From Rhodothermales bacterium (GTDB lineage: Bacteria; Bacteroidota; Rhodothermia; Rhodothermales; VXPQ01), in assembly GCA_040904565.1 (NCBI GenBank), contig JBBDTI010000064.1, positions 32,001 to 96,000 on the forward strand: 64,000 bases of DNA. The letters are read 5' to 3'. Each line of letters starts with the position of its first letter. Position 1 is the first letter of the stretch. A model generated the notes under the pieces. That model had not been told where the DNA came from. It did not search any database and was given only the letters and a program-made list of their open reading frames with translations. Shown one piece after another: positions 39,892-53,877 of the stretch. The translations under genes were made by a program, and so were the position numbers.

Positions 39892-39907
39892 TGGCGAGCC
39901 GGTTGCG
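39892..39907 (+). promoter_or_regulatory. Candidate sigma54 (-24/-12) promoter upstream of lon
   Basis: TGGCGAGCCGGTTGCG: GG-N10-GC with TTGC, about 150 nt before the lon start. Confidence 0.4.
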
Positions 39908-40052
39908 GAACGCGACACAATGACAGGAAAGCTCCTTTGGCCTGGTTTTTGAACTTTGTAACACCCTGAATGCGCGTATCCGCATTCGACACCATTGAAG
40001 ACTGGCCGCGTCGCAGCCCGGCGCAGCGTCGAACATAGACATCAGACACTTT

Positions 40053-42593
40053 ATGATAGACCGAGATATCAGTCCACCTACACACAAGCTCGAGCTGCTG
40101 GACGCCGACGACCCGGAACAGAGTATCCCGCTTCCGACCGCGGATGAAGAGAAGGAGATGAGCATGTCGGACGTGCCGGAAACGCTTCCGATTCTGACAC
40201 TCCGCAACACGGTCCTCTTCCCGGGAGTCGTGCTCCCTATCACGGTCGGTCGCGATGCCTCGCTCAATCTGGTGAAAGACGCATTTAACGACGACCGTCT
40301 TATCGGCGTGGTGGCCCAGAAAAGCAGCGAGGTCGAGAATCCGGACCCGAGCGATCTGTATGGATTCGGGACGGTAGCGACCATCCTGAAGCTGATCAAG
40401 ATGCCCGACGGATCGAAATCGATCGTGATCCAGGGCAAGCGGCGCTTCGAAATCGACGAATACGTACAGACTGAGCCGTATTTCGAGGCGAAAGTATCGG
40501 CCATCGAAGAGGACACGGCTGGAGACGACGTCGAGCTTCAGGCGCGAATTCGCTCGATCAAGGAGCTGGCGATTCAGATCGTCAATCTCTCACCGAACCT
40601 TCCGAGTGAAGCGGCCTACGCGATCCAGAACATCGACTCGCCGGCGTTCCTGATCCACTTTATCGCGTCCAATCTGCAGATCGACGTCGAGGACAAGCAG
40701 GACCTGCTCCAGACGAGAGAGCTGGTCGACCGTGCGGAGAAAGTGATGGGACACCTGAATCGAGAGCTGCAGGTGCTCCAGCTTTCCGAAGAGATCCGGA
40801 CGCGCGTGAAGTCCGACGTCGACCAGCAGCAGCGCGAGTATCTCCTGCGCCAGCAGATGAAGGCGATTCAGGACGAGCTCGGCGAGAGCGAAGGCGGCGG
40901 TGCGGAGATGAAGGAGCTCCGAGAGCGCGCGGGGGAGAAGGATCTCCCCGAACACGTTCGTGAAACGCTCGAGAAGGAGTTCGACCGCCTGGCGCGGACG
41001 AATCCGGCGGCCCCCGACTATGCCGTCACGCGCAATTACGTCGACTGGATCCTCGACCTGCCCTGGCTGGAGTACTCCGAGGACCATCTCGAGATCGATC
41101 GGGCCGAGGAGGTCCTCGATGAGGATCACTACGGACTCGAACAGGTCAAGAAACGTATCCTCGAGTACCTTGCCGTCCTGAAGCTCAAGGGCGACATGAA
41201 GGCACCGATCCTGTGCTTCCACGGTCCCCCAGGGGTCGGTAAGACGAGTCTCGGAAAGAGCATCGCTCGCGCCGTAGGTCGCGAATTCGTCCGCATGAGT
41301 CTGGGCGGCGTACGCGACGAGGCCGAAATTCGCGGGCACCGACGGACGTACGTCGGGGCGCTTCCGGGTCGCATCATACAGGGACTCAAGAAGGCGGGTA
41401 CGAACAATCCCGTCTTCATGCTGGACGAAGTCGACAAGCTCGGATCCGATTTTCGGGGAGATCCGTCGAGTGCTCTGCTTGAAGTGCTCGATCCCGAACA
41501 GAACGACAACTTCAACGACCATTACCTCGAGCTCGACTACGATCTCTCCAAGGTGCTCTTCATCGCGACGGCTAATTTCCTGGAAATGATTCCCGGGCCG
41601 CTGCGCGACCGCATGGAAATCATAGAGATCAACGGCTATACGCAGAACGAGAAGCTTCAGATAGCGAAGCAATATCTCGTTCCCCGTCAGATAGAGCGTA
41701 ACGGGCTCAAGGAAGGCCAGGTCACGTTCACCGACGAGGCCCTGAGCCTGATCATCGACGGGTATACGCGCGAGTCCGGGGTTCGGCAGCTAGAGCGGAC
41801 GATCGGATCCGTGGCCCGCGGCGTGGCCAAGAAGGTAGCCGTCAAGGAAATCGAGTCGGCTACGATCGACGCGGACGACCTGGAGGAGTATCTAGGCGCG
41901 CGCAAGTACTTCTCCGAAGTGGCACAGCGGACCGAGGTACCCGGGGTCGCTACCGGCCTGGCGTGGACGCCCGTCGGCGGAGACATTCTCTTCGTCGAAG
42001 CGTCCGTGTCGCGCGGCAGCGGACGCCTCATCCTCACGGGGAAGCTGGGCGAGGTCATGAAGGAGTCCGCCCAGGCAGCACTTTCTTACGTAAAATCTCG
42101 CGCGGACGAGCTGGGCATACCGAGAGATGCGTTCCGCTACTGGGACGTGCACGTGCACGTGCCCGCCGGTGCCGTACCCAAGGATGGACCTTCCGCGGGC
42201 GTCTCCATGCTGAGTGCCCTCGTATCCATTTACACGCAGCGACGCGTCAAGCACGACGTAGCGATGACGGGCGAGATCACGCTGCGCGGACTGGTGCTTC
42301 CCGTGGGCGGCATCAAGGAGAAGGTGCTCGCCGCCAAACGGGCCGGGATCGAACACGTGATCCTTCCGGAGAAAAACGAGAAGGATATCAAGGAGATCAA
42401 GGACGAGGCGCTGGAAGGCCTCGACGTCCGGTTCGTCACGCGAATGGACGATATGTTCGACCTCGTGCTGGAAAAAGAGCCGGTGACTGATGCGGCCGCG
42501 CTGTTCTCCGTCTCCGACAAGGAGAAGCGGCTCGAAGCGGCGTTACCGAAGGATTCGAACGGTGCGCCCGTCGTAGAAGTGAAGGAATCGTAG
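40053..42593 (+). CDS. lon: ATP-dependent Lon protease
   Basis: LON N-domain, [23 protein letters not shown] (catalytic Ser), GGIKEK. Confidence 0.98.
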   Translation: MIDRDISPPTHKLELLDADDPEQSIPLPTADEEKEMSMSDVPETLPILTLRNTVLFPGVVLPITVGRDASLNLVKDAFNDDRLIGVVAQKSSEVENPDPSDLYGFGTVATILKLIKMPDGSKSIVIQGKRRFEIDEYVQTEPYFEAKVSAIEEDTAGDDVELQARIRSIKELAIQIVNLSPNLPSEAAYAIQNIDSPAFLIHFIASNLQIDVEDKQDLLQTRELVDRAEKVMGHLNRELQVLQLSEEIRTRVKSDVDQQQREYLLRQQMKAIQDELGESEGGGAEMKELRERAGEKDLPEHVRETLEKEFDRLARTNPAAPDYAVTRNYVDWILDLPWLEYSEDHLEIDRAEEVLDEDHYGLEQVKKRILEYLAVLKLKGDMKAPILCFHGPPGVGKTSLGKSIARAVGREFVRMSLGGVRDEAEIRGHRRTYVGALPGRIIQGLKKAGTNNPVFMLDEVDKLGSDFRGDPSSALLEVLDPEQNDNFNDHYLELDYDLSKVLFIATANFLEMIPGPLRDRMEIIEINGYTQNEKLQIAKQYLVPRQIERNGLKEGQVTFTDEALSLIIDGYTRESGVRQLERTIGSVARGVAKKVAVKEIESATIDADDLEEYLGARKYFSEVAQRTEVPGVATGLAWTPVGGDILFVEASVSRGSGRLILTGKLGEVMKESAQAALSYVKSRADELGIPRDAFRYWDVHVHVPAGAVPKDGPSAGVSMLSALVSIYTQRRVKHDVAMTGEITLRGLVLPVGGIKEKVLAAKRAGIEHVILPEKNEKDIKEIKDEALEGLDVRFVTRMDDMFDLVLEKEPVTDAAALFSVSDKEKRLEAALPKDSNGAPVVEVKES

Positions 42594-42657
42594 CGCCCGT
42601 CGTAGACCTGTAAAGAGCGTAGCGCCCGCCGTAGACGTGAAGGAGTCGTAGCGGCCG
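42564..42657. repeat. Three 29-bp tandem repeats spanning the lon stop
   Basis: gcgcccgtcgtagaagtgaaggaatcgta / gcgcccgtcgtagacctgtaaagagcgta / gcgcccgccgtagacgtgaaggagtcgta, then a partial gcggccg. Confidence 0.85.
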
Positions 42658-42667
42658 CGAGACGCCG

Positions 42668-42913
42668 TCAGGCATCCGGTGCGCGAGGTGCGTCGCCGGA
42701 CGTATCCTCTTCGAGGATTTTTGCCTCGTCGATGTTCGGATCGAGTCCTTCGCGAAAGGCTTTCTCCGCGTCGACGTATACGTCGGCCGCCCGCCGTACC
42801 GTGGCGTCGATGGCACCGGCGGCGGCGCGTACGGCGACGCCGCCGAGCAAGACGGCCTTTCCGAGCAGGTTGAGCTCCTCGTATTCGATGCGCCGATCTT
42901 CAGAATCGTTCAT
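42668..42913 (-). CDS. Small hypothetical protein (81 aa)
   Basis: Acidic amphipathic protein; ATGA overlap with the upstream gene suggests translational coupling. Confidence 0.7.
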   Translation of the reverse strand: MNDSEDRRIEYEELNLLGKAVLLGGVAVRAAAGAIDATVRRAADVYVDAEKAFREGLDPNIDEAKILEEDTSGDAPRAPDA

Positions 42914-43272
42914 GGCTTCTCGTCCGCGTCGGCTGAAGGGTCGGACGCTGAATCGGAGGGAGCGTCGTCATCCGACGCGTCCGCTGCCGACGTGTCGGTT
43001 CCGCCGGTCGATGCGTGGACGTTCGACGGCGCCTTTTCCGTTTCGGGCGCCGCGCCATCGGCGTTCTCCTCCCGCGACTTCTTCTCGGCGCGTTTGCTGA
43101 ATGCGTTGTTCAGCTCGTCGGACACGGCCCGGCCGAACGCATCGATCCCGCGAGCCAGGGTCGTCACGGTAGCTTCCAGTAGAAACACGACCTTCTCTTC
43201 CGAATTCAGCTCGTCGAAGTCCGACCGAACCCGCTGATAGTTCTCCTTTCGCTCCTGCTCTCGGTCACTCAT
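42910..43272 (-). CDS. Hypothetical protein with acidic low-complexity tail
   Basis: MSDREQERKENYQRVRSDFDEL...FLLEA; start refined to ATG 43272 (the upstream part of the listed ORF is antisense to rsgA). Confidence 0.72.
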   Translation of the reverse strand: MSDREQERKENYQRVRSDFDELNSEEKVVFLLEATVTTLARGIDAFGRAVSDELNNAFSKRAEKKSREENADGAAPETEKAPSNVHASTGGTDTSAADASDDDAPSDSASDPSADADEKP

Positions 43273-43389
43273 GATGACACCCTCGGATCTGTACGCACGT
43301 ACGCGTTGTAAATTAAAGACCTTGAACCTTTTGAGTAGACGAGAGATGTACCGGCAGGTTTCACACGCATATTGTCTAGCCGCTGCCGC

Positions 43390-44379
43390 ATGATGGAATC
43401 GAACGAGACGCGATCCGATGATCCGCGTGCGCCCGACGAAGGCTATGCGGAAGGCGTCGTGATCCGGTCCACGGGCAGCTGGTACGACGTCCGCGTCGGC
43501 GACGAGGTCGTGCCGTCGAAGATCCGCGGGAAATTTCGCCTGGCGGAAGGTGACGAGACGAACCCCGTAGCCGTGGGCGACCGCGTAACGATCCGCCTCG
43601 GTGACGACGATACGGGCTACATCACCGAGATTCACGAGCGGATGAACCAGCTCAGCCGGCGAGCGGCCGGGCGCCGTGTCGGACGCGAGCAGGTCATCGT
43701 CGTGAACATAGACGCCGTCTGGATCATCCAGTCCGTCCGCCTTCCCAAGCCGAACCCCGGTTTCATCGATCGGGTGCTCGTTACGACGGAAGCCAACAGC
43801 ATCCGGGCGGGCATCGTCATCAACAAAATGGATCTGGCTCGGGAGAAGGACCGCGAGCGTCTCGACGAGCTTCGATCCCTGTACGAGGGCCTGGGTTACC
43901 CCGTGCTTCAGACCAGCGCCGAAACGGGTGAAGGCGTCGACGTGCTTCGTCAACGGCTTCAAAACCGGACGAGCGTCCTGACGGGACCCTCCGGCGTCGG
44001 AAAGTCGTCGCTGCTCAACGTCATAGAGCCGGAGCTGGATATTCGTACGGCGGAGGTGAGTGAGAAGACGAGGAAGGGGCGTCACACGACGACGTATGCG
44101 GCCCTCTTCCCCCTCTCGGGAGGCGGTTACATCGCAGACACGCCCGGCATCCGTGAGTTCGGCGTGCTGAACGTCGAGGAGTGGGAGCTATCTCACTACT
44201 TTGTAGAATTCCTACCGCACATCGAACGCTGCCGCTTCCCTACGTGCACCCACGACCACGAGCCGGGGTGCGGCGTCAAGGAAGCCGTAGAGAACGGCGA
44301 CATTTCCGAACAGCGCTATGGAAGCTATCTGAATATTCTGGATTCGATCCAGCGAGGCGTCCGGGACGTAGGCAGATAG
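43390..44379 (+). CDS. rsgA: Ribosome small subunit-dependent GTPase A
   Basis: NKMD, GPSGVGKSS, GRHTTT, DTPG, C.F..C.H..EPGC. Confidence 0.97.
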   Translation: MMESNETRSDDPRAPDEGYAEGVVIRSTGSWYDVRVGDEVVPSKIRGKFRLAEGDETNPVAVGDRVTIRLGDDDTGYITEIHERMNQLSRRAAGRRVGREQVIVVNIDAVWIIQSVRLPKPNPGFIDRVLVTTEANSIRAGIVINKMDLAREKDRERLDELRSLYEGLGYPVLQTSAETGEGVDVLRQRLQNRTSVLTGPSGVGKSSLLNVIEPELDIRTAEVSEKTRKGRHTTTYAALFPLSGGGYIADTPGIREFGVLNVEEWELSHYFVEFLPHIERCRFPTCTHDHEPGCGVKEAVENGDISEQRYGSYLNILDSIQRGVRDVGR

Positions 44380-44497
44380 CACGCCCTGGACAGATAAGCG
44401 AAAGGTACGCCCCCGATAGGCGCAAAGCATGCCTCGAATGGCCGAAAAGCACAGCACGGGCGGGCGGGCAGAAGTCACGCCCGGGATGAGACCGGTT

Positions 44498-44791
44498 CTA
44501 GCGTTCGGCGTGCTCCGGCGGCACGCCGAGCTGTTTCGACGCCTCTCCGGGGGCGGACGACGTGAGTCGCTTTTGCTGCTCTTCGAGCCGGTCCACCTTC
44601 TCTTCGAGCGGCCGCACGGCCTCTTCGACAGCGTTGCGTACCACGGCGGCAAGCTCGCTGGTCGTCATGCTGGCATTCTCCTGGCTTCCCTGGAGATACG
44701 ACACGACGGCGCGGGTCACGCTCACCAGAGCCCACGAGCCGAAGATGATGCCGGTGATCGCAACAATGAAGACCCACATGTCGGGAAACAT
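44498..44791 (-). CDS. Small single-TM coiled-coil protein (S-x-TTSEL motif)
   Basis: N-terminal TM helix, SMTTSELAAVVRNAVEEAV, coiled coil; similar to 51366..51689. Confidence 0.75.
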   Translation of the reverse strand: MFPDMWVFIVAITGIIFGSWALVSVTRAVVSYLQGSQENASMTTSELAAVVRNAVEEAVRPLEEKVDRLEEQQKRLTSSAPGEASKQLGVPPEHAER

Positions 44792-44840
44792 AGTGCTACG
44801 AACCGGAAGTGAGAGATTCCACGTACGCTATATATGCTAG

Positions 44841-44940
44841 GTCACAATACCCTCGGCCGCAATTCCCCATCGTCACAATACCCTCGGCCGCAATATCCCA
44901 TGATCGCAATTCCTTCGGTCGCAATACCCCAGGTCGCATG
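44841..44940. repeat. Array of six 15-16-bp repeats with core RYCRCAAT
   Basis: gtcacaataccctcg / gccgcaattccccatc / gtcacaataccctcg / gccgcaatatcccatg / atcgcaattccttcg / gtcgcaataccccag, then a partial gtcgca. Confidence 0.85.
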
Positions 44941-44984
44941 CGGCACACGTTCGCATGATACGTCGCCCGTATGCATCACCTATC

Positions 44985-47549
44985 CTATTTCTTCCGCCGG
45001 CGCCCGCCCTTTTTGCTCTGTTTCTTCTCGATCAGCTCCAGGGCCAGCTCGAGCGTAACGTCTTCGGGCTCGGTATCCTTCGGCAGGGAGGCGTTCGTCT
45101 TGACGTACTTCACATACGGGCCGTACCGACCCTTCCACACCTCGATCGGATCCCCCGTCTCCGGATGGTCGCCCACTTTGCGCAGCGCGCCGGACTTCTT
45201 CGTTTTCTCGGCGAGTAGCTTGAGCGCGCGATCCAGGTCGACCGTCAGCACGTCGTCCTCACCTTTGAGCGATGCGTACGTCCGTTCGTGCTGCACGTAG
45301 GGACCGTAGCGGCCGATGTTGGCCTTGATCGGCTTCCCGGTGTCCGGATGCTCGCCCAGCGTTCGGGGCAGGGCCAACAGATCGATCGCCGTCTGGCGAT
45401 CGATCTCGGAAGGCTGCAGGCCTTTCGGCAAAGAAATACGTTTGGGCTTCCCCTTCTGCTCGTCATCGTCGCCCAGCTGAACGTACGGCCCATACGGGCC
45501 TTCCTTGACGAGCACCTTCATGCCCGTCTCCGGATGCGTGCCGAGTTCGCGATCCGCGGCGTTGCCGGCTTCGAGGAGTTCCTTTAAGTCCTCCTTCGTC
45601 AGATCACCGGGTGCCAGCTCGTCCGGCAGCGAAGCCGTGGCCCGCTCGCCGTCCAGCTCTCCATCCACGTATGGACCGTACTTGCCGACGCGCACGACGT
45701 ACCCGTTCCACTTAGGGGACTCGATCGTAGATACCTTCCGGGCATCGATCTTGTCGAGACCGGTCTCCACCTGGTGCTCGAGTCCCTTCTCGCCAAGGAA
45801 AAATTTCTTGAGGTACGGCGTGGCTTGACGCTTCCCGGCCGCAATATCGTCGAGGATCTGTTCCATTTCAGCCGTGAAACCGACGTCTACCAGCTGCTCG
45901 AACTGATCTTCCAGCAGATGCGTGGCGGCAAACGCCGTGAAGGTCGGGATGAGCTGCGAGCCGTGCTTCCGCACGTACCCGCGTCCGACCACCGTATCGA
46001 TGATGGAAGCATACGTGCTTGGCCGCCCGATGCCTTCCTTCTCTAGGATACGCACCAGCGTTGCTTCCGTATAGCGGGACGGAGGCTTCGTCTCGTGGCT
46101 CGAAACGTCCACCTTCTTGCAGTCCGGCCGATCGCCTTCGGCCAGCTCGGGCAGCGGCTGGTCGCGATTTTCGAGCGCGGCCTCCGGATCGTCGGAGCCT
46201 TCTACATAGGCCCGGAAAAAGCCGGGAAACTCGACCGTCCGTCCGGATGCGCGGAAGCGAGCCGCCTCGTCGCCCTCTCCGGCTTCGATATGTGCGGTGA
46301 TGAGGCGCAGGCGGGCATCCGCCATCTGACTGGCCACCGTTCGCTTCCAGATCAGATCGTACAGCGCGCCCTCGATACCCGTCAGCGTCAGCTCGTCCTT
46401 CGTCTTCATATCACGGCCGGCCGGCCGGATCGCCTCGTGCGCTTCCTGCGCGTTGGCCACCTTGCCGCGGTACTGCTTGGGAGACGGACTCAAATAGTCC
46501 TTTCCGTAGCGCTGTTCGACGGCGCGGCGGCTCCCGAAGACGGCTTCCTTCGAAAGCTGCGTGGAGTCGGTACGCATATAGGTGATGTACCCGTTCTCAT
46601 ACAGCCGCTGCGCGACCTGCATCGTCTGGCGGGCCGACAGATTGAGCTTGCGGTTCGCCTCCTGCTGGAGCGTGGACGTAATAAACGGAGCGTAGGGCGA
46701 CCGGGTCGAAATGCGGTCGTCGATGTTGACGACGCGCCACGTTTCGCTGGGCAGTCGTTCGGCGAGACTCTGGGCATCCTCCTCACTCCAGAGTAAGACG
46801 TCTTCACCCGCCGCCAGGCTTTCCTTGAGCCGCCCCGTATTGTCGTCGAAATCCTTCCCGGTGGCCAGGCGCGTGCCGCCGTAGTGCGTCATGACGGCTT
46901 CGAAGCCAGCGCCGTCCTTGTCGAGTTCCGCCTTGAGATCGAAATACTTCGCCGGCACGAAGGCCATCCGCTCCTTCTCCCGAAGAACGAGAAGACGGAC
47001 GGCTACGCTCTGCACGCGACCGGCCGAGAGACGCGGTGCGATCTTCTTCCACAGCAGCGGCGAAAGGCTGTAACCTACCAATCGGTCGAGAATGCGGCGG
47101 GTCTCCTGCGCGTCGACCAGACTCTGGTCGATATCGCGGGTCTCCTCCAGCGCACGCTGGATGGCTTCCCGCGTGATCTCGTGAAAGACCATGCGACGCA
47201 CGGGAACGTCCGGCGAAAGAACCTCCACGAGGTGCCAGCCGATCGATTCGCCCTCGCGGTCTTCATCCGTCGCGATGTAAAGCTCTTCGGCGGACTTCAA
47301 GGCGGTGCGGAGCTGGCGAACTACCTTCTGTTTGTCACCCGGGACGACGTAGATGGGCTGGAAGCTGTCTCTTACGTTTACACCGAGCCGCGCCCAATCC
47401 GTATCCCTCAAATTCTCCGGTATCTCAGACGCCGACGCCGGCAGATCGCGAACGTGCCCCATGCTCGCCTCCACCTGGAAATCCGAGGGAAGGAAGTTGC
47501 GAATCGTTCGTGCCTTAGTCGGGGACTCGACGACAACCAGTCGCTTCAT
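44985..47549 (-). CDS. topA: DNA topoisomerase I
   Basis: [31 protein letters not shown]; C-terminal G[KRP]YGPYV repeats instead of zinc ribbons. Confidence 0.98.
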   Translation of the reverse strand: MKRLVVVESPTKARTIRNFLPSDFQVEASMGHVRDLPASASEIPENLRDTDWARLGVNVRDSFQPIYVVPGDKQKVVRQLRTALKSAEELYIATDEDREGESIGWHLVEVLSPDVPVRRMVFHEITREAIQRALEETRDIDQSLVDAQETRRILDRLVGYSLSPLLWKKIAPRLSAGRVQSVAVRLLVLREKERMAFVPAKYFDLKAELDKDGAGFEAVMTHYGGTRLATGKDFDDNTGRLKESLAAGEDVLLWSEEDAQSLAERLPSETWRVVNIDDRISTRSPYAPFITSTLQQEANRKLNLSARQTMQVAQRLYENGYITYMRTDSTQLSKEAVFGSRRAVEQRYGKDYLSPSPKQYRGKVANAQEAHEAIRPAGRDMKTKDELTLTGIEGALYDLIWKRTVASQMADARLRLITAHIEAGEGDEAARFRASGRTVEFPGFFRAYVEGSDDPEAALENRDQPLPELAEGDRPDCKKVDVSSHETKPPSRYTEATLVRILEKEGIGRPSTYASIIDTVVGRGYVRKHGSQLIPTFTAFAATHLLEDQFEQLVDVGFTAEMEQILDDIAAGKRQATPYLKKFFLGEKGLEHQVETGLDKIDARKVSTIESPKWNGYVVRVGKYGPYVDGELDGERATASLPDELAPGDLTKEDLKELLEAGNAADRELGTHPETGMKVLVKEGPYGPYVQLGDDDEQKGKPKRISLPKGLQPSEIDRQTAIDLLALPRTLGEHPDTGKPIKANIGRYGPYVQHERTYASLKGEDDVLTVDLDRALKLLAEKTKKSGALRKVGDHPETGDPIEVWKGRYGPYVKYVKTNASLPKDTEPEDVTLELALELIEKKQSKKGGRRRKK

Positions 47550-47997
47550 AAGAAAAGACGTTTCCTATATAAATAAGTGGGATCTGCAGCTCGCCGATCG
47601 GTCGAAGATGGCATCCGGGTCGACGTTTGACGCGTAAGCTACCCTAGGTACACAGACACGGGCGAACGCGTTTCGTCACCCGGCCGAAGCCCGAATTTCA
47701 TCGGTGCCGCAATCACACGCGCTGCACCACACATCGTTCCTCACGTCGTTTCACGCTGCCGGCGGTCCGGTGTGCTCTTTCTCCGCGCCAGATCTGCACG
47801 GCGTTCCCTTCGGCGGCCGGTTCGAAAGCATTCGGGCCGGATCGATTCGATTTGATAAAACGGTGGATTCGCCGCGTCCTTCGATCTTTCGTCCCGACTG
47901 CGTTCGCCAATGTGGGCAGCGCTTTGTAAATTCATCATCCTGGCTCCGGCCGTCACGGTGACGGAGCCGTCCGTGCAACAGCGTGGGAAGATTGGAT

Positions 47998-48258
47998 ATG
48001 GGAAGGAAGCAAGTGATCGCCGGCTCGGCACTGTTATTCGGTGTTGCGGCGGGCTCGGTAGTCGGCATCGGACTCGTCGAGACGGCCCGGGGAGATGTCG
48101 GCGGCGCCCCCGGTATCTCGCGTGCCCTATCTCGAATCGGACGCTTCGTCGGAGGCGGCATGCTGGCCGGCATCGGCGTCGTGGCCGCGTCGGCAACGCT
48201 GTCTGGACTCATTGTTTATACGGGATTAACCGAAATGCAAGAACTCGACGTGTTCTGA
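47998..48258 (+). CDS. Small Gly-rich membrane protein, hypothetical
   Basis: Two hydrophobic GxxxG-rich segments; ATG at 47998. Confidence 0.5.
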   Translation: MGRKQVIAGSALLFGVAAGSVVGIGLVETARGDVGGAPGISRALSRIGRFVGGGMLAGIGVVAASATLSGLIVYTGLTEMQELDVF

Positions 48259-48323
48259 TGCCGTCCAATTACATTGGTTGTTGAACGCCGGAAGTACGGC
48301 ACGGCGCCATCGGCCCGGCTTAG

Positions 48324-48365
48324 GATTCACACCAAGGGTTCACAACAACGGTTCACAACAACGGT
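48324..48365. repeat. Three 13-bp tandem repeats (GRTTCACAMCAAS)
   Basis: gattcacaccaag / ggttcacaacaac / ggttcacaacaac upstream of ppdK. Confidence 0.8.
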
Positions 48366-48574
48366 GCGGCCCATCGCATTGCCTCTGTAATCGCGGTCCC
48401 TTGCTCTTTGCAGCGCCGGGGCATGCCCCATGGAGCCACTGCGACGGCAGACGCACGGCTGATCACTCGGTCCTACACCAAACACCATCAGACGACGGTA
48501 TACAAGACTGCATTGCGACGTCGACACGGTGCGACGTCTTCGCCTTTAGAGACACTCATCAGGATCATTTGCAT

Positions 48575-51250
<2,676 letters not shown>

Positions 51251-51304
51251 TCCGGCCACCGCGACCGGCTACGGTCGCGGTACGAGACGTCGAATCTACG
51301 GCAT

Positions 51305-51344
51305 CAGCCTCTCTCGCGGAACGCGGGAGAGGCTGTTTGCTTTT
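51305..51344 (+). terminator. Rho-independent terminator after ppdK
   Basis: CAGCCTCTCTCGC-ggaac-GCGGGAGAGGCTG followed by TTTGCTTTT. Confidence 0.8.
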
Positions 51345-51365
51345 CGGGGTACCGATTACGCGGCG

Positions 51366-51689
51366 CTACCGCGCTGCGTCTCGGTCTCTCGCTACCAGGG
51401 GCGGAGCGGGATGGTCGAGCTCCACATCGTCGAATGCCGACGTGCGTCCCGGCAGGAGTTGTGAACGGTCTCGCTTTTCGAGCCGCCGTTCGAGCTGGTC
51501 AAACCGGCGGTCCACGACCTCCTCGACGGCATCGGCCACCAGGGCCTTCAGCTCGCTGGTCGTGATACTCGGTTCCGCTCCCGAGGCGGGCGGCGTGACC
51601 TGATTCCTGTCCCTGCGGTAGTCCAGCCAGAGCTTCAGCATGCCCAGGAGCGATCCGAAGATGATGGCGACGATGAGAACTTCGTCCAT
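51366..51689 (-). CDS. Small single-TM coiled-coil protein (S-x-TTSEL motif)
   Basis: MDEVLIVAIIFGSLLGMLKLWLDY...SITTSELKALVADAVEEVV; start refined to ATG 51689. Confidence 0.75.
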   Translation of the reverse strand: MDEVLIVAIIFGSLLGMLKLWLDYRRDRNQVTPPASGAEPSITTSELKALVADAVEEVVDRRFDQLERRLEKRDRSQLLPGRTSAFDDVELDHPAPPLVARDRDAAR

Positions 51690-51887
51690 GGCGAATAAGA
51701 TGGGATATGAAAGGAAGTAAGGCGCGGATCGGCTCGGTGACCGACGTCGGAATGCTCGACCGCCGACATACAGCGCGATATACGGCGCGACTCGACGTGC
51801 TTTCCTCGTTACGTTACGGCGGAGCCACGGTTGCGTCAACCTGCGCTGCACGACATGTGAAACGTTCCGGCGCGGTGCCACCCACCT

Positions 51888-53102
51888 TCACGCCACGTCG
51901 TTACCCCGCGGCACGAACGCCTGAATGCCCGTCAGCTCGCGGCCCAGGATGAGCCCGTGGATATCGTACGTCCCCTCGTACGTATTTACGCTCTCCAGAT
52001 TCACCATGTGATGGATCACCCGGTATTCCCCCGTGATGCCGTTGGCGCCCAGCATGTCCCGCGCCATACGCGCGATCTCGAGCGCCTTGCCGCAATTGTT
52101 GCGCTTGGCGAGCGATACCATGGACGGAACGAGCTTGCCTTCGTCCTTCAACCGACCCAGCCGCCACGCAAGCAGCTGCATCTGCGTGATTTCCGTCACC
52201 ATGTGCGCCAGCTTCGTCTGGATCAGCTGCATGGCGCCGAGCGGATAGCCGAATTGCTCGCGGTCCAACACGTAGCCGCGGGCCCGCCGGTAGCAGTCTT
52301 CCGCCGCCCCCAGCACCCCGAAGGCGATGCCGAACCGGGCACTGTTGAGGCATTCGAACGGACCTCGGAGTCCCTCGATATCGGGAAAGGCGTTCGCGGC
52401 GGGCACGAATACATCCTCCATCACGATCTCACCCGTGGCCGCCGCGCGGAACGACATCTTGTTGCCGATGACGGGTGTGGAGAACCCCTCCATGCCCCGC
52501 TCCAGAACGAATCCGCGTACGAACCCTTCGTCGCCTCTCGTCTCGCGGGCCTTCGCCCATACGACGGCCACGTCGGCGATCGGCGAATTGGTGGCCCACC
52601 GTTTCCTGCCGTTGAGGATCCATCCGCCGTCCGTTCGCACCGCCGTCGCCGTCATCGATCCCGGATCCGAACCATGATCCGGCTCGGTGAGCCCGAAGCA
52701 TCCGATCAGCTCGCCGCCGGCCAGACCGGGCAGGAACCGCTCGCGCAGTTCCTCGGTCCCGAAGGCATGGATCGGATACATGACCAGCGACGATTGCACG
52801 GACGCGAACGATCGGTAGGCGGAATCGACCCGCTCGAGCTCCCGGGCAATGAGTCCATATGCCATAGCGCTCAGCCCCGAACCCCCGTACTCCGTCGGGA
52901 GGGTCGGACCGAGGAAGCCCCGCTCTCCCATCTCTCGCGGAATGGCCTCATGAAATATCGCCTTCTGATTGCCCTCGAGCGCGCGCGGCTCGAGTTTCGC
53001 CTGCGCGTACTCGCGGGCCGACTCCACGATCTGCCGCTCCTCCGCGCTCAGCATCGACTCGAACAGGTAGGCGTCGTCGGGATCCATGCGTGGCCTGGCC
53101 AT
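51888..53102 (-). CDS. Glutaryl-CoA dehydrogenase-like acyl-CoA dehydrogenase
   Basis: [48 protein letters not shown]; start refined to ATG 53102. Confidence 0.9.
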   Translation of the reverse strand: MARPRMDPDDAYLFESMLSAEERQIVESAREYAQAKLEPRALEGNQKAIFHEAIPREMGERGFLGPTLPTEYGGSGLSAMAYGLIARELERVDSAYRSFASVQSSLVMYPIHAFGTEELRERFLPGLAGGELIGCFGLTEPDHGSDPGSMTATAVRTDGGWILNGRKRWATNSPIADVAVVWAKARETRGDEGFVRGFVLERGMEGFSTPVIGNKMSFRAAATGEIVMEDVFVPAANAFPDIEGLRGPFECLNSARFGIAFGVLGAAEDCYRRARGYVLDREQFGYPLGAMQLIQTKLAHMVTEITQMQLLAWRLGRLKDEGKLVPSMVSLAKRNNCGKALEIARMARDMLGANGITGEYRVIHHMVNLESVNTYEGTYDIHGLILGRELTGIQAFVPRGNDVA

Positions 53103-53298
53103 GGTCGTCAGAGGTAGGTTCGTACGTACGAGAATGGATCGGCTGCATCCGGGTCCCTTGCCGCAAACGCTGACCCTAATTTCCGCTATTTTGTCGCGCG
53201 GCCCGGCACGACCCATCCCCGGTATTAAACGAAGATTTGCGCAAACAATCCGTCCGACGTACGATGCGTCGTCATCCTTCCCCATTCCATAGTTCATC

Positions 53299-53790
53299 AT
53301 GAAGCTTCTTCGCGTACTTCTCCTCGTCGCCGTGGCCGCGGCATGCGTCCGGCCCGCGTCCGCCCAGCCCGCCAATTCGCGCGTCGGGCTCGGCTTCAAT
53401 ACGATGGCGAGCACGGCTGACGGACTCGGGGTCGGACTGAGAGGGCGCCTCTCGATACCGATCAATGCCGACATTTCGGCAGCGGCCGATTTCGGCATCA
53501 CGGGCTTCGTCCTGGGTGGACGCCAAAATGCCGATTACATCCTCGACCCGCAGATTTCCGCCATCGTGACGCTTCCCCCCAGCCGCAATCGGGTCGGGTA
53601 CGTTCTGTTCGGACTCGGCGGCTACATTCCCGTTGGTGGAGGCGAAGGCGGGCCGACGCTGCACGTCGGCCTGGGCCGGGCGCACGCTCTCCAGGAATCC
53701 TCGTTCTACTACGAGATCGACCCGGCCCTGGTGATCGGGCGTGAGGGCGTGGACCTGGCCGTACCGCTGCGCTTCGGGATCATTCTGTAA
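53299..53790 (+). CDS. Small outer-membrane beta-barrel protein, hypothetical
   Basis: Signal peptide (ASA/Q), alternating hydrophobic strands, C-terminal LRFGIIL. Confidence 0.68.
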   Translation: MKLLRVLLLVAVAAACVRPASAQPANSRVGLGFNTMASTADGLGVGLRGRLSIPINADISAAADFGITGFVLGGRQNADYILDPQISAIVTLPPSRNRVGYVLFGLGGYIPVGGGEGGPTLHVGLGRAHALQESSFYYEIDPALVIGREGVDLAVPLRFGIIL

Positions 53791-53877
53791 CGGGCGTGCG
53801 CCGGTGTGCGCGAAAACGGGGCTGCAACGGTGAACGCGAAAACAATCGCGTCGAGTCCGGCGTTTGGAGATCCGCAC

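Noticed and set aside
44841-44940. Repeat arrays here and at 42564 as mini-CRISPRs
   Set aside because: Units are contiguous without unique spacers, and no cas genes are present in the window.
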